Notes: a model not told the origin generated them from the letters alone. A stretch of DNA of 63,876 nt, filler included, from Hausera hauseri (GCA_046269625.1; 9 parts of 9 records of this genome joined end to end with filler, not necessarily neighbours in it); one strand, 5' to 3'. Positions 34,663 to 48,183 are shown, counted from the first letter of the whole stretch. Translations and numbers: made by a program.

Positions 34663-37600
34663 GTTTACAAGTAAGCTTTATTTTATAGAAGTTTAAATCA
34701 GGTTGGATAGCTATGACTAAGGAAGTGAGTGTGGGAGATATTGTAACATTTTCTAAGATAGAACGTTTTTGACGATGAGGTAAAGCGTGAGGTCGAATAA
34801 GGACGGTTATTTCTCCAATATTTATCTTTGTTTTATTAAACAGTGAAGATTTCGCAAGAGGTGTCGTGACACTTGGTTTCTGGTAGTCGTCATATTCAAT
34901 GACATTTTTGAGTTGAACATGTATCCTAGACCCTTGATGAGTTAGAGTCTTGATGATCTCTGGATCGTTTCGTACTAACATAAATTCTAAGTCATAGATT
35001 CTTCCTCGTAGAACGTTACAGCAAACTCGGAGGTGCCTGCAAGTCAACTGGCAATTTATTGCTATCTTTTGTTTCTTTTCTGCATCCGAAAGTCTTATAC
35101 TTATTGCTCTGTTCTCTTCCAGTTCTATCATTGTTCTAATTTCGATGCAACTTCGTCTACTTTTAAATCCTATTGGCTTAACAGTAAGTAGAGTTATTAT
35201 TATTTCATCCAATTTGGTTGCAACTATTGTTCGTCTATTAGAAACTTGTATAATACCTCGGCACTTGGTATATTGCCATTGATAGCGGTTCTTATGTCTC
35301 TTAGTCAAAGTATAGTATGAGATAATGGCCAGAGTCATCTACTGTACACTCCGTTATGTTTCGCCAATAAGTAAGACCGCAATCATACTTTCGTTTTTTC
35401 TGGTTTCGTTCGTAATTATGCTCGTGGATTACTTGAATTCCTATTATATACTGGTTGGGTAGCCTTTCAAATATCATAAATCTTATACATTTTGGCCTTT
35501 CCTTGTGTAGGTTTATCTCATGATAAATACTTTTCATCAGGCTACTTTCTAACGTTTCATGTGAAGGGAATGTTCTTATCCATAAATCAAGCGGTTTTGT
35601 CGTTTGAGCTAACAGGCCTGGTATCCCTATAAAAACCAATAGACATAAATATTTGAATATTTCATAATTCGGAGTTTTATTACTTCTCTTTTTATAGTCG
35701 ATGGCCCGTACTAGCTTCTGTTCGTCGTTTCTTAATTCGCTCTCCTTAGACGCCGGTTTACATCTGTTGACATGTACTTTAATTCTAGTGTTATTTTTCT
35801 TTAAACATATGTTACGTAAATCCACTTTTTCTACTTCGTACGGTCCCTTATAAGGTTTATCCAGCTTGGCTGTCTTGCCTTTCTTATTTAACGGCGTGTA
35901 TAGCATCATTTTATCTCTCAATTTAATTATCGGTTGCTTTGTCTTTTCATCATAATACTTTTTGTATTTCATTCTGTATTCCTTCTGATTATCCTTTATT
36001 ATTGCATACGCTAATTGGAAACGTTCTTGCATTAACTGCTTATGTTCCTCTACTTCCATTAACTAAGATATACGCCGTACATTGAAATCCAAATAAATTG
36101 GTAATCTGGCATCTCTTAAATACATCATATAAAAGGGTGTCTCTTTAGTAGCTTCATGCACAGACGTCCGATTCACAATGACACACGCATTAATGTACTC
36201 ATCCCAGTCATCCTGTCTTACATTAACTACTGTTTGTAGCTTTTCTTTCAGATCTCCTATATACCTTTCAACCATTCCGTTGTTCTCTGGATGACCCGGG
36301 GTTGATCTCAACTTTAATATCTTTATAATATGGCATATTGCTTGCATTGCATTGCCGGTTAATTTGGATACTTGGTCTGTTAACACAATTCGAGGAGCTC
36401 CATAATTAAATATGATGTTTTCTACAAATTTTTCGGCTATTGTTTTAGCTTTCATATCTGGCATAGGCAGTGCAACGACCCATCGTGTGAAATAATCTAT
36501 AAACACTAAGATATATTTGTTCCCGTTTCTTGTCAATGGTAAAGGTCCTGTTATATCCATTGCTGCAAATTCAAACGAGGCAAGTGGATTGTCCCATACC
36601 TTTAGAGGAGCTTTAAATTTGGATCCCGTATTCTTTCGTGTGACACAAAGTTTGCAGCTGTAACACCAATCTTCGACATCCTTTGCTATAGTAGACCAGA
36701 AGTATTTCTTTTTAAATTTGCTTATCGTTTTTTTGCTGATTGATGTCCTCCTAGTAATCCGTCATGATACTGGGTCATTAGAACCGCTCTATTCTTCTTT
36801 GGAATTACTAGTGCAAGTCCACTTTGACGAATATAGTATAGGTATTTATCGTACGCATCACTAAATCTGGTTAAATGACGAGCCAATTCTCTATCCTTTG
36901 GTATAATTTTGTTTTGTATATAATTTCTAATGGCTGTTATTTCTTCATCTTCTCGTTGATTGCCTTTTATCCTTTCTACGGATCCATCCATACTCCATAC
37001 CGCTGCAATTATCTCTTTCTGTTCTACCTCTTCCTGCGGCATTTTTGATAAATAATCCGCGTTTGCATTTCGTGTGCCGGGCTTGTACTGAAAATCTAGC
37101 GTATAAGATTGGAGTTTTAAAGCCCATCGTGGTAACCTACTATAAGGTTTCTCATGTTTCTTTAGCCATTGCAGTGATCGATGGTCTGTTTAGATTATTA
37201 ATGGTTTATTCTCACTAATATACGGTGAGAATACTTCTAAGGCGAACATCACCGCTAGTAATTTGTTTTCAATAACGACATATTTCTTTTGGTGTTTATT
37301 TAATTTTCTCGACGCATAAGCAACTGGATGTTCTTTGCCATCTTCGTCCTTTTGTAATAATACCGCTCCTACTCCATAATCTCTTGCGTCCATTGCCAGT
37401 ATGAATGGTTCAGTCATATCTGGATAAATCAGAATGGGGGCATTCAATAACCTTGCTTTCAGGTCTTCGAAGGCCCTTTTACACTCGCCTGTCCATATTA
37501 CCTTTTCTAAATCTTCACTTAATAATTCATATAGTGGTTTGGCTATTTTACTAAAATTCTTTATGAATCTTCGATAATTTGTCAGTCCTAAAAATCTGAG

Positions 37601-38962
37601 TAATTCATTGACAGTAGTGGGTTTTGGAAAATCTTTAATCTTATTCAATAATCTATTTTGAGGCTTTACACCATGCCTATCAAATCGATGTCCGAGAAAA
37701 TCAACTTCTGTTTGAGCAAATTAACATTTCTTCGGGTTTATTTTTAAACACCTTACTTCACATCTATTAAAGAGGTCTTGTAAGTCCTTCAAAAGCTGTC
37801 GGAAATCCGAAGATGTTATAATTGCGTCATCGATATATGCCATAACATGTGGTGCATCTGGAAGTAGTAATTCTGTTCCTCTTTGAAAAGTCTGGGGCCC
37901 ATTCTTTAATCCAAACGGCATTCTATTTAATTCCCGCAATTTTTCTCCTATGGAGGAGGCCGTTTTCGGCTTATCTTTCTCCTTTACTTCTACTTGCCAA
38001 TATCCTTTTGTAGGTCAATTGTGGTGAATATGGTGGAGCCATGCAATTTATCTAATATTTCGTCAATCCTTGGTAACGGGTACGTGTCTGTTTCCGTTAT
38101 TTCATTTAACGCTCTATAGTTTATGCAGAATCTCATAGTTCTATCTTTCTTTTAACCATTACTACCGGAGCCGTCCATGAGGGGGGGGGCAGTTGGGTGG
38201 TATTATTTTGTTTTCCCCCATTTCATTTATAATTTTACGAGCTTCTTACTTTTTGTCGTATGCCAGTCTGTGTGGTCGCTTCTTTATAGGTTTATTTTGA
38301 CCCTCCTCCAACTTGATCACACGTTGTATTACGTTTATTGTTCCTAAATCATAGTCATTTTGAGCGAATCGGTTGTTGTTTTTCTCCAACAGCTGGATGA
38401 GCATTCTTCTTCATTAGATATATTGCAATTTCGTAATTTTTCTTCCCAATTAATGTGAGTAGTTTCCTATCAAATTCTTCGTCATTAATTTCTCGATCTC
38501 ACCTACTTCTGAGATTACTGAATTAATCTTTTCTTTTGGTACTTCTTCAACATCTGTTGCTTGCCCAAGTCTCATATTCTTTTTCAACTACTTCTCGTTT
38601 GATCCCGTATTACAACTTCGTAAATTAATTTTTCCGTCTCTTATCCTGTCTATGCGTGGTGCGACAAGGATGTTATGTTTCGCCGTTATTTGTAGAAACG
38701 TCTCAAAGTGCACATAGCTCGTCAAAGATCTGTATTTTATTTTACCGGGCACTACTATTTGTGAATGTGGCGGAATTATAACGACTGTGGTTAATGAGAC
38801 TGATTCTTCATACAGATTTTCAAACGTTTAGAGTTGGCCAGTTTTGACATCTATATACGCGTTATTCAATTGATGCAATACATCACACTCTTATGGTATG
38901 GTTTATTACCTGGCCACAAATTTTGATTTTTGAATCCAAAACCATCTTTATCTCTTTCTCAA
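34663..38962 (-). mobile_element. Decayed Ty3/Gypsy pol (RT, RNase H, integrase) with a long C-terminal extension
   Basis: MPFGLKNGPQTFQR, AYIDD, MDARDYGVGAVL, PVAYASR, MDITGPLP, DYFTRW, NGMVER, YKGPY. Confidence 0.92.
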
Positions 38963-39062
38963 NNNNNNNNNNNNNNNNNNNNNNNNNNNNNNNNNNNNNN
39001 NNNNNNTTAATTAATTAANNNNNNNNNNNNNNNNNNNNNNNNNNNNNNNNNNNNNNNNNNNN
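38963..39062. other. Artificial contig linker
   Basis: N44-TTAATTAATTAA-N44. Confidence 0.99.
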
Positions 39063-39470
39063 CACTTGCGAATTATTCGAAAACCAATCAATCGATTTAA
39101 ATTCTAACTGCACATTCACATACAACATCAAGTGCACTATCGATTTACCCGGTCCCGAGTGCTAATGATCGATTTTTAAAATCTCGAAAATCCAATATTA
39201 TTGATTTTTCCACACTTGCACGTGTTGCACACTTGCACTGTGCACCAATCGATGCACCTCGATGTGCTTTATCGATTAACATGTTGTCCCGATCGATTTG
39301 ATCAATAGTGCACTGTGCAGCGATCGATATGTGAAAAGTGCAGAAATGTGCATAGCAACGGTGCCTAGCGGCACCGTTGCTAGGCACTTTTTGGATCGAT
39401 AGTGCACAGTGCGCACTACCGATCGGCACATGTGCAAAATCGACTTATCGATTACCCCCCCGGGGGGTGG
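39063..39470. repeat. Palindrome- and inverted-repeat-rich block
   Basis: Dense ATCGAT and GTGCAC motifs in both orientations, overlapping hairpins at 39354-39387, C7-G6 hairpin at 39455-39467. Confidence 0.6.
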
Positions 39471-39789
39471 ACTATAACCGCCATTTTCCCCCTACTGTCG
39501 TGTCTAAAACCTTATTTGAGTAAGTGTTGTTGTACAATGATTTTACTGAAGATACAAGATCGTGAGTAATGACATTGAGCTGTGACTGACTATCCACATT
39601 GTCCTTTGACAGCTTACGAGGTAAAACGTTATAGTTAAAAGAATTAGGATGTTGTATTGACTGTTTTAAGATTGATTGCCTACTTACCGTTAACCGTGCG
39701 CTCATCGGGGTGCTGCTTATTTCTGTACTACAGTCTTCAGGTGTATTTGATTTCAGGCATCGTTGGTTACAATTGACTAGCAAATTATA

Positions 39790-41377
39790 GTAGTATAGGA
39801 AATCGGAGCCAAGTATTGCCGTCTGGACGTTGGCGATTGTAAACGTCCAATTTAATTAGGAGGAAAATTTTGGGAGAGTGAGAGGTAGTTTGCAAGTTCC
39901 GGCAATATGAAGAGGTTGACCGGAGGCGATGTATAACGGTTTTGTTTTAAGTGAAGAATGCTAAACCGGAAAACAAAGTGGTAGTAAGGATATCGCTGCA
40001 CCGGTATTGATGAGAAAGTCTATGGATTGAATGTTAGAAGTGGGGATAGCAGCTTTTAGTGTAAAGACTGCAAAAGAAGTGTGTCGGCAAGAAGAATTAG
40101 GTAGGTTGCGTTTGCCAGATTCTGCCGTGAATACTGGCGGCGAAATCAGTTTTTTGGATTGGTGAGTTGGTACGGTTATTGTTATGGAAACTGGAACGTC
40201 TAACAATGGTGTAGTTATAGTTAGTTTTATAGTTACAGCCTGAAATACAATTCTGAGCATTAAATCAAAATTTTGCATGATAGATGCAAATTATGTTTTC
40301 TGAGTGTAGATGCGAGGAATAATATCTACAACCTAAACAACATTTGTTTGCTTTGTTATTAAATTTGTTATGATAATAACATATAAATGATCACGTTGGT
40401 GACGGTGTTCGATTTCTTGAGACAGAACGCATTCGATGATGGGAAGAAGCATTTCGTTGATGTGAGGAAAGGTCATTCAGCTTATCATTTATGTTATTGA
40501 TTGCATGTTGTAGTGCCGCATTTTCGGAGCGTAAGTGGTTCAATTGGTGTTCGATAGATGTATGTCGTTGACTGTCATCGTTCGTGATTGCGGCTGATAT
40601 GATGGGTTGTTATTGTATTTGTAAAACTTTGTGTGCTTTATCGGCCAATTCACCTAGTTTATCTAAAGCTGTAGAATCCTCAACAACAGTAAGTAAAGCC
40701 GTAATTTGTATGGGTAAAGCATTAAGAAAATAACGGCGAAGTAGATTCGGATTGTGTTCCATGGTGACACCCAGGGTACGTAAGTGGGCCAATGAGGTGC
40801 GTAAGAAATCACTAGGTTTTTGTGTCCCCATTGCGTTTTCATTAAAGAATCGTTGTATTATCGAGTCAATTGATGGTTCTGTTAGCATTAATACAGAATT
40901 GAACAATTGCGAATAAAGGTGAGGATGTCCAGTAAATTGAAAGATGTCCAGTAAGTTATGGATTGAGGTCTTTATGGAGTATGGTAGAAGGTAGAGTAGA
41001 TTATTAGCTTTGGTTAACGAGTCGGTAATGACGTTGTATTGTGGCCAAAATGGTGGTAGTATGTTAAACACATTTTCAGTCATTCTGGCGAGCGGATCAT
41101 TCATTTCGATAGCTAATTCCGTCGGTTTCGACTTATCCGATCTGACAATACTTACGTTTTCAATTATAATTTCATTGCTAGAGGTAAATACATTGACATT
41201 ATTCGGTACTTCTTTTTCTGAACTACAATCAGATGCTTCTTTCAACACTGGGTCTGTAACAGCGACTTCTTCCGTTAACAATTTGGTTGACTCGAGCCGA
41301 TTGACAATACCCTTCGTCGCCATGAAAATGCAGATATCGGTCGCTGCATCGACAATATCCAGTTGCTGATTATTCAT
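39790..41377 (-). mobile_element. Decayed Gypsy gag (DUF7041-type) and protease
   Basis: LPPFWP, MGTQKPSDFLR, FLNALP, LDKLGELADK, YHNKF...ANKC knuckle remnant, FLINTGAAISLLP (DTGA changed to NTGA). Confidence 0.8.
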
Positions 41378-41379
41378 TT

Positions 41380-42581
41380 GTCATATATCCTGTAAAATAT
41401 GAAACAGTCGACGGAGAATTTCCTTCTCATCCTTTTCAATTTGGCACGTCGCAAAACGCATATAATGATTTTTAATGCATCCAACAATCTGAAATCATCT
41501 GATATTTTGTCATCTTATGTTTCGAAGTCTAACAATTGCTTCGGTACATCGTAAAATGTCCGCGGATTTGGTAAAACAGTACGAATCCATTTTCTCTGCC
41601 AGCAGTAGAAGGGAATGATTGCATAATAACAACTCTTTAAACAAGTTATCATTGTTATTTACGAGATTTAATTCAGAAAATATTGATTTAGAGTGAGGAC
41701 CTTGACGATTCTCCAACAGCCAAATAAACAAACTGGCAACGATATTCCCCTTCGTATCATTGGACAGACAACTAAGAACACCAAGGACCGCATGGTTTTT
41801 TAGCAAGGTCTGTGCGACGTGTAAATAATCACTGTCGACCGACTCAAAATTTACAACAGCTTCCACTCCGTCTCCATCCAATTTCCTCCTGATCGGATCC
41901 TTTTCCCCTATCTGTGACACATCGTTGGTATCACAAAGTCCAATATGAGATTTTATAAACCCAGGCGTCGGATTGAGTTTAACAAGTCGAATGAATATCC
42001 ACTGCAATTTTACGGGATTAGTTCGTGCCATTATCTGTTACTCGTAAAATATTCAAATAAACAGATAAAAATTGTTTGATAAATTGATCAATAGACGGTC
42101 GAAGTTTGATTGTGTTCAATAGTGAATTATGGAGATTTAAACATTTTAAAATAGTTTCTGAGTTCAACAGGATAATATAAAATTGAGTAATTTCGGAGTC
42201 CAATAAAAACAATTTACGAAAATCTACAAACATCGGTGTCAAGAGAAACTCATCTGCAAATTGTTTGTTACTGACAGTCAACAAATGAACGCATTCCAAC
42301 GCAACATTGTAACTGAACCGGAAATATTGTTCCCGATCTGCATCAGTTTTCCTCGCCAATAAAATTTTATCAATCGACGATTTATCCAATAAGTCCAAAA
42401 TCTGATGAGACAAACCGGCATAATGCAATAGTTCGTCGACATTATTCAGCGATGGTCGACAAATACTGCATGACATTGCGTACACGGCTTGAGTTGGACA
42501 GTTCGTGCTAATGCGATCCATGAGTGTCAGTACAACGTGACAAAGTCCACTCGGTTTCATCTTTATTTGCTGAATCACCAT
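41380..42581 (-). pseudogene. Disrupted non-TE, helical protein-like coding sequence of unknown identity
   Basis: Two overlapping ORFs (187 and 173 aa) with protein-like composition running into the gag ORF; no motif recognised. Confidence 0.4.
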
Positions 42582-42719
42582 GTCAAATGTGCTGCGTTTC
42601 CATTCTAGATGAGTTATTACATTATTTGGACTAAGTCAAAAATATCGCTCAATAAATAAAAGCACGCATTGCAACTTAATAATGCTTGGATAACATTATA
42701 CATTTCTTGAGAAATAACT

Positions 42720-42890
42720 AAATTTTTGGCCAAACATGCTTCAGTAGAATCATTAAAGTCAGAACATCGAACTCGAGTGCAATCGAGTCCTGGAAATAAA
42801 TTTTGAACAAGACCCAAAAATAAGTGTACGTCTTCAAAAATAAATCTTGGTATATGAAATTTTAACATCAGTTAAATTGAGGCATAGAAA
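42720..42890 (-). pseudogene. Axonemal dynein heavy chain fragment (DNAH10-like, AAA1 lid region)
   Basis: IPRFIFEDVHLFLGLVQNLFPGLDCTRVRCSDFND resembles DNAH10 [35 protein letters not shown]. Confidence 0.75.
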
Positions 42891-43483
42891 ACAACTATAG
42901 GGTGCCCCAAAGACAACAACCAAACTCACCCGTATAATTCTGTACTGGAGATCCAGAGAATCCATGCATGTAATACAAAAGAATCTGCACTGTTATTCTT
43001 CTGACACCAATTGTGGTTTTGTTGTAGTATATTCGTATCGGCCATTGACCCTTCGACGTAAATGATAAGGTTAAAAAGCTCAAAATTTTAACCACATTTT
43101 GTTGGTACATCGAAATTTCATCTACCAAACTTCTCTGCACCGACCAAATATCACACTATGTTGAACTCGGGGAATTTTGTGATACACTATCGCTAATAAC
43201 ATATCTTTTTGTTCGACGGTTTATTGTGTATTACCAAAAAAAATCATGTAAAAGTTATTATTATTTATTTGAGACATTCAGTTAATCCTTTTTATTTCAT
43301 TCTGAGTTATATTGCGATTCAAACAAAATCCATTACATTGCAAAATTGTGATATCAAGAGAATTTTGTTGCTATCTAGGAACCCTCAACAGTTGTCTCAA
43401 AAATAACTTTCACATTATAAATCAACCTTATCAAACATAAACAAAATTACATATGTTTATATACATATTAATGTGGGAAATCA

Positions 43484-43583
43484 NNNNNNNNNNNNNNNNN
43501 NNNNNNNNNNNNNNNNNNNNNNNNNNNTTAATTAATTAANNNNNNNNNNNNNNNNNNNNNNNNNNNNNNNNNNNNNNNNNNNN
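43484..43583. other. Artificial contig linker
   Basis: N44-TTAATTAATTAA-N44. Confidence 0.99.
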
Positions 43584-43642
43584 CCCGCCCTCTGGTATGT
43601 CTGCTGAATCAGAATTGGATCGTTTGAGATTACTCATTGAAA
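43584..43642 (+). CDS. Partial exon of an unknown host gene
   Basis: PPSGMSAESELDRLRLLIE followed by |GTAAGC donor. Confidence 0.4.
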
Positions 43643-44232
43643 AGTAAGCACCAGTAGAAATTTTTATTATAATCCAAATGATATATTTTGAAACAAATTT
43701 TCCAAATTCAAATCAGATTTTCATTAAAAGTTTAATTAATTAATTTTAATTAAATTGTTTAATTAATTCCGAATTAAAATCTTAATTTAAATTTAAGTGT
43801 TTCTGATTTAAATTTAGAACTTCTGTTCTCAATTATATCCTCACATTGGCTATACACACGAAGGACTAAACTCTATAGATCGAAATAATTTACTTTGACA
43901 GAACATCTAGAAAGTATTATAAATTTAATATTAAAAGTACATTAGTTAGAGAAAAGTAGTGAAAATTTTGTCAAAGTTCGAAATTTTTATGTAGTAGGGG
44001 AGTCTTAAACAAGTGCAAAATGCTGTCATATTTTGATTTTGTTGGTAAAACGTTTTTGCATGTTACTAATCATCATGCTTTTTCGTACGTCTCTCTGACT
44101 ATTTGTTAAAAAAATTGAGATTTACAGTTAAATTCGTTGACTTGTTATATACTTTTGGTTTAATATTAATTTGACAGAGAGAGAAAGTTTACAACATTTA
44201 TTGAAGAGTTCAAATAACACAATGAAACTCAC

Positions 44233-44460
44233 CACTAGTTTCCAAAAGTAGAGCTTTTACTGCACCACCCAAAGGACCACTAACGCAAATAAATGCACGA
44301 ATGAACTTTTCCTTCCATGTTATTGGAACCCAATTGAGAAACCATATGGAATAAAGACAGCCGAAACTGTGTCCAAGTACAACAACTTTTCTACCATGAG
44401 AATTATTGTATGTGTCTTCGATTAATGTTTTCAGATCATTCTTTAAATACTCAATTTCAG
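44233..44460 (-). CDS. Exon of an LCAT / group XV lysosomal phospholipase A2 family gene
   Basis: TTTTAG| and |GTGAGT boundaries, 228 nt phase 1-1; LKTLIEDTY...KVVVLGHSFG...WKEKFIRAFICVSGPLGGAVKAL...SG with the GHSxG nucleophile. Confidence 0.88.
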
Positions 44461-44719
44461 CTAAAATAATACACTAATTACATGTACAAATTTTATTTCA
44501 TAAACATTCATGAAAATTTCAGTAATAATCACAACGATATTTTACTATTTTTGTGCGTGCACGTGATTTATTATATCGAACTTTATACAATTGAAAATCA
44601 TTGAAAGCCAAATTTATTTCAAAACTTAAATTTGCGTTTTGGCAGGCTGTGTAGATTTTAGTAAATTGACACACACACACACATACAGAATATATGTATA
44701 TATATATTGCATGTAAAGG

Positions 44720-45533
44720 ACTGTTTTCATGTTCCACCACTTACATAATCCTTCATCACTACCAAAGACATTCTGGTCTTTGTTAAAAAAACGGCAACAG
44801 AAACAGTAGAGCACTGTTTGTTGGAGAGAAAAGCATCCATGATCGTGAAAGTTTCTCGCCTTTCTTCAGATACTTGTAGAACCAGTCTTTCGACATAGAT
44901 CCATTATTTTTGACAATGGGCAATGGACCGTATTTATTTCACAATCCAGATGGCCAATGTTTGACAAGCTCAATGCGCAGATCGTCTGATACATGTACAG
45001 TCCATGTACCCGCATCATAAATAATACTGTCACACACGGAAGATGCTTCGTTCATTTAATCACTTGTTGAACTAGATAGAGTATTAGCGTCCAGATGCAG
45101 CGCAGTAGAAAATTATTCGCAGCATTGTTTAGGAATATAATAAACTTCTAAAGTAGAAGGAGAACTGTCTGATAGTGAAATGGAAAAAGGAGTAGTGCAC
45201 AGAGACTGGACGACGGATACCATTGCTGTGTCAGTAGAACTTCCTATACCATTGCTGTGTCAGTAGAACTTCCTGTCAGTTTTGAATCTTCTTGGATTGC
45301 ACAAACCGTTGAAACACAGCGGCACTTTTTTTATCTACACGTTCACGTTTTTCTCGCTTAACCTTGTAAGGGTGACCACTTGGGCGACTTCTTTTCGTGA
45401 CTGTAAGAAGTGCAGATAAAAATGCAAAAAAGTAAAATAACTAAAGTACGTTTGGATAATGCTTATTAATTGCCGCCCTTATCCAGTGCTGCTCGGGCCA
45501 ACCGCCTCGTCCGTCCCTGTTACTACGCCTGTG
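44720..45533 (-). mobile_element. hAT transposon 5' portion (ZMYM1/TTF-zinc-finger type)
   Basis: SKDWFYK...RSWMLFS...LYCFCCRFF...GLCKW...EHENSPLH; terminus CAGGCGTAGTAACAGGG...GGCGG near 45531. Confidence 0.8.
45217..45274. repeat. Perfect 29-bp tandem duplication
   Basis: ATACCATTGCTGTGTCAGTAGAACTTCCT twice. Confidence 0.95.
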
Positions 45534-45935
45534 TTCATGTTATACCTTAGCACATTATATTTGTTACATTTTCAGTTATGCCGATAATATTTCTTCGTTT
45601 TTGCATACATTTTGGCTTTGTGCATGAACTACGACAGATTATCAGGCAAATATTTGATGGATCTATAATATTTCGACACAACATAAAAAACAAAATCTCA
45701 AAATTCTTCTAGAAATTGGGGGATTTGAAATAAGTGCAATATGATGTAACATTTGAAAACTCTCATTGCATTATTTGAGCTTTGCTGGTGAATTTTCCAT
45801 AAAATTATTAATCTTCACAAAATTTTGAACTTCTATCACATTTTTTTCACAAAAACCCCTGAATACCAGTAAAGCCCGTACTTTGTTAAAACAAGATCCT
45901 TTATCTGACACTTTACACTGAGTTACATTATTCAG

Positions 45936-46325
45936 ATGTATATTCTCCCTTCAATTCTGGTGCTGCACTACTAAATCATCAGAAATCTTTTGACGCAGAC
46001 TCAGTTCCCGTAAATAGACAAATATTCAAACTACGCCAGGAAGAAAACAAGTCAACCAGTCGTCCATCCAGTGCAAACAGGGTTCTGTTAGAGAAGCATT
46101 CACCAGAAAGAGTTTTCCGTGACAGGGAAATATCAAACGATTTAGATTCACACTCCGTGCAATCGTCTTCAACATTTTCTACCAACCTATCACCAATTTT
46201 ACCCGCAGTCCAAATCAATAATACTGGTCCTGCTGAAAGGCCAATAGATGGGCATAAACCGGTCACAAATGAAATATTTAATCTACCTTCGCCAGATAGT
46301 GGAAACAGTCACAACTTTGATGCAG
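45936..46325 (+). CDS. Internal exon of an unknown host gene (S/P/N-rich)
   Basis: TTATTCAG| and CAG|GTATT boundaries; 390 nt open, phase 1-1. Confidence 0.6.
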
Positions 46326-47734
46326 GTATTTTGTTTTTAGAATTCCGAAATATTTATAAAGCACGATTTTAACAAATAAATGTAATAGTATATAACACGT
46401 TTTGATACTTTTTCACTGCCTTTTCTTCTTTTTTCAATTTCGACTGTAGTGCGTTACAGTGCATTTGGCACACGAACTACAACACACCAACCACCGGATA
46501 ATCACTGTGAATTTCTTAATTCAATGGACTAGTGACGACAATCGATTATTTATCATTTTGAGTTGAAGGCATTTTTGTGTGTATTGTACTTTAAATTCCG
46601 AACTGGATTCGTTTCCCGTTAAACTTATGAAACTCAAGACTATAATCGATTTTTTTCTGTCGCTAGTAATTGATTTTCTGTGAAATTGTAATATCTGTTT
46701 GGATTTTGATATTTTTGTTTCTTACATTGTGTTCAAAAGGGTTTTGTTTTGGAAAGATTGGGTTTATTTAAATTAGTCCAAAATGTTTGTGTAAAAGAAT
46801 TGTAAACATCTATAAACTGTAAAGTTAATTTCAGTCCGGATGTTGTGCGCCCTAAAGATTTTCTACAGAAATAAAATAAAAATATTGACATCAACATTTG
46901 AGAAGTGGCAGTTACACCACACACGTAAATTTTAAAATGCATCTTTCGTTTTTTTTTTCACTCATACGCACACATCAACAGTATTTTACATTCACAACAT
47001 TGCTAAGGGTCCATGGCTTTCTTAAAACCATTACTCAAATAAGAATGACATATTTCTTATAAGCTTCGTACAATTCAGTTTTATGTTAATGACCCTTGTG
47101 ATACTCATTTGAAAGATGTGACGCAATTTGTGACAAAAGTAGCTGCAGAAAATAACCGTGAATACAATTGGTATGGCATAACTTTTTAAAGTTGATGAGT
47201 GTTTTAAAAATTTATTATTTTTTCGAAAATTATACTATTTCAGTATTTTTCTGTTCCGGATTTTAATGCAATGCATGTAATAAATATAATGAAATGTGGG
47301 AAACGGTAATCTAGAAGGCAAGTGTAACGTAAGCGTATTACATAGTTACTTTTATTTGACATTTACTAACTGGTAAAAGCGGTACATATTTATCCTGTTT
47401 TGAGCCATAGTTACAAATAAGCCAATCAAATTTTTGTTTAATTTGTTTTGTCTTGTGACATCAGATTGACTGAAATATTTCATTTATATCTACATCCTTT
47501 CACGTTTAATCAAAACTAAAGCTCTAAATTGGATAGAAAAATTAACTTTTTGTTTAGATTCGACCAATAAAATCTAACCAAATGTATTATATATTAAAAC
47601 GTAGCTTTTATATAAAGACATCAATACCACGCATACATACAAATGTATGTGTATGCCTATCTACAAATTTAGACATGGCGAAATTAGCTATTCAGAGTCA
47701 ATTTTAATGCACAATTTATGTAAACAGTATACAA

Positions 47735-47834
47735 NNNNNNNNNNNNNNNNNNNNNNNNNNNNNNNNNNNNNNNNNNNNTTAATTAATTAANNNNNNNNNN
47801 NNNNNNNNNNNNNNNNNNNNNNNNNNNNNNNNNN
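47735..47834. other. Artificial contig linker
   Basis: N44-TTAATTAATTAA-N44. Confidence 0.99.
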
Positions 47835-48183
47835 TATTTGTTCAGTCGTTTATTGTTATTGTGTTAATACACTTTATTCAGGTATTAATTTGTTTTTCTT
47901 TGGTTTATTAATCTGAGTGATAACCTATTGATTTGGTGAAAATTGAAGAGAAATTTTTGGAACGAATAGCTAATAGACTTGATTACTGAAAATTTTGTAT
48001 AAAAGAACGTTTAGAAATTTATTTCTCAAGACACAGAAAACAGCATCAAGCTGGTATTAAACTACTTGAGCAAAAAGCTAACTCAAAAGTTCAACCCTCA
48101 GATAATATTATATAAGGCTAATTTAATAGCACAAATATAATATTAAAACTTGTTTCAGTAAAATTCTATTTAGATAAAACCGT

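Noticed and set aside
38560-38830. dUTPase upstream of the Gypsy RT
   Set aside because: Only a vague beta-rich resemblance; no catalytic motifs recognisable
39350-39390. RFX X-box promoter element
   Set aside because: Only a partial match inside a palindromic repeat, with no adjacent gene start
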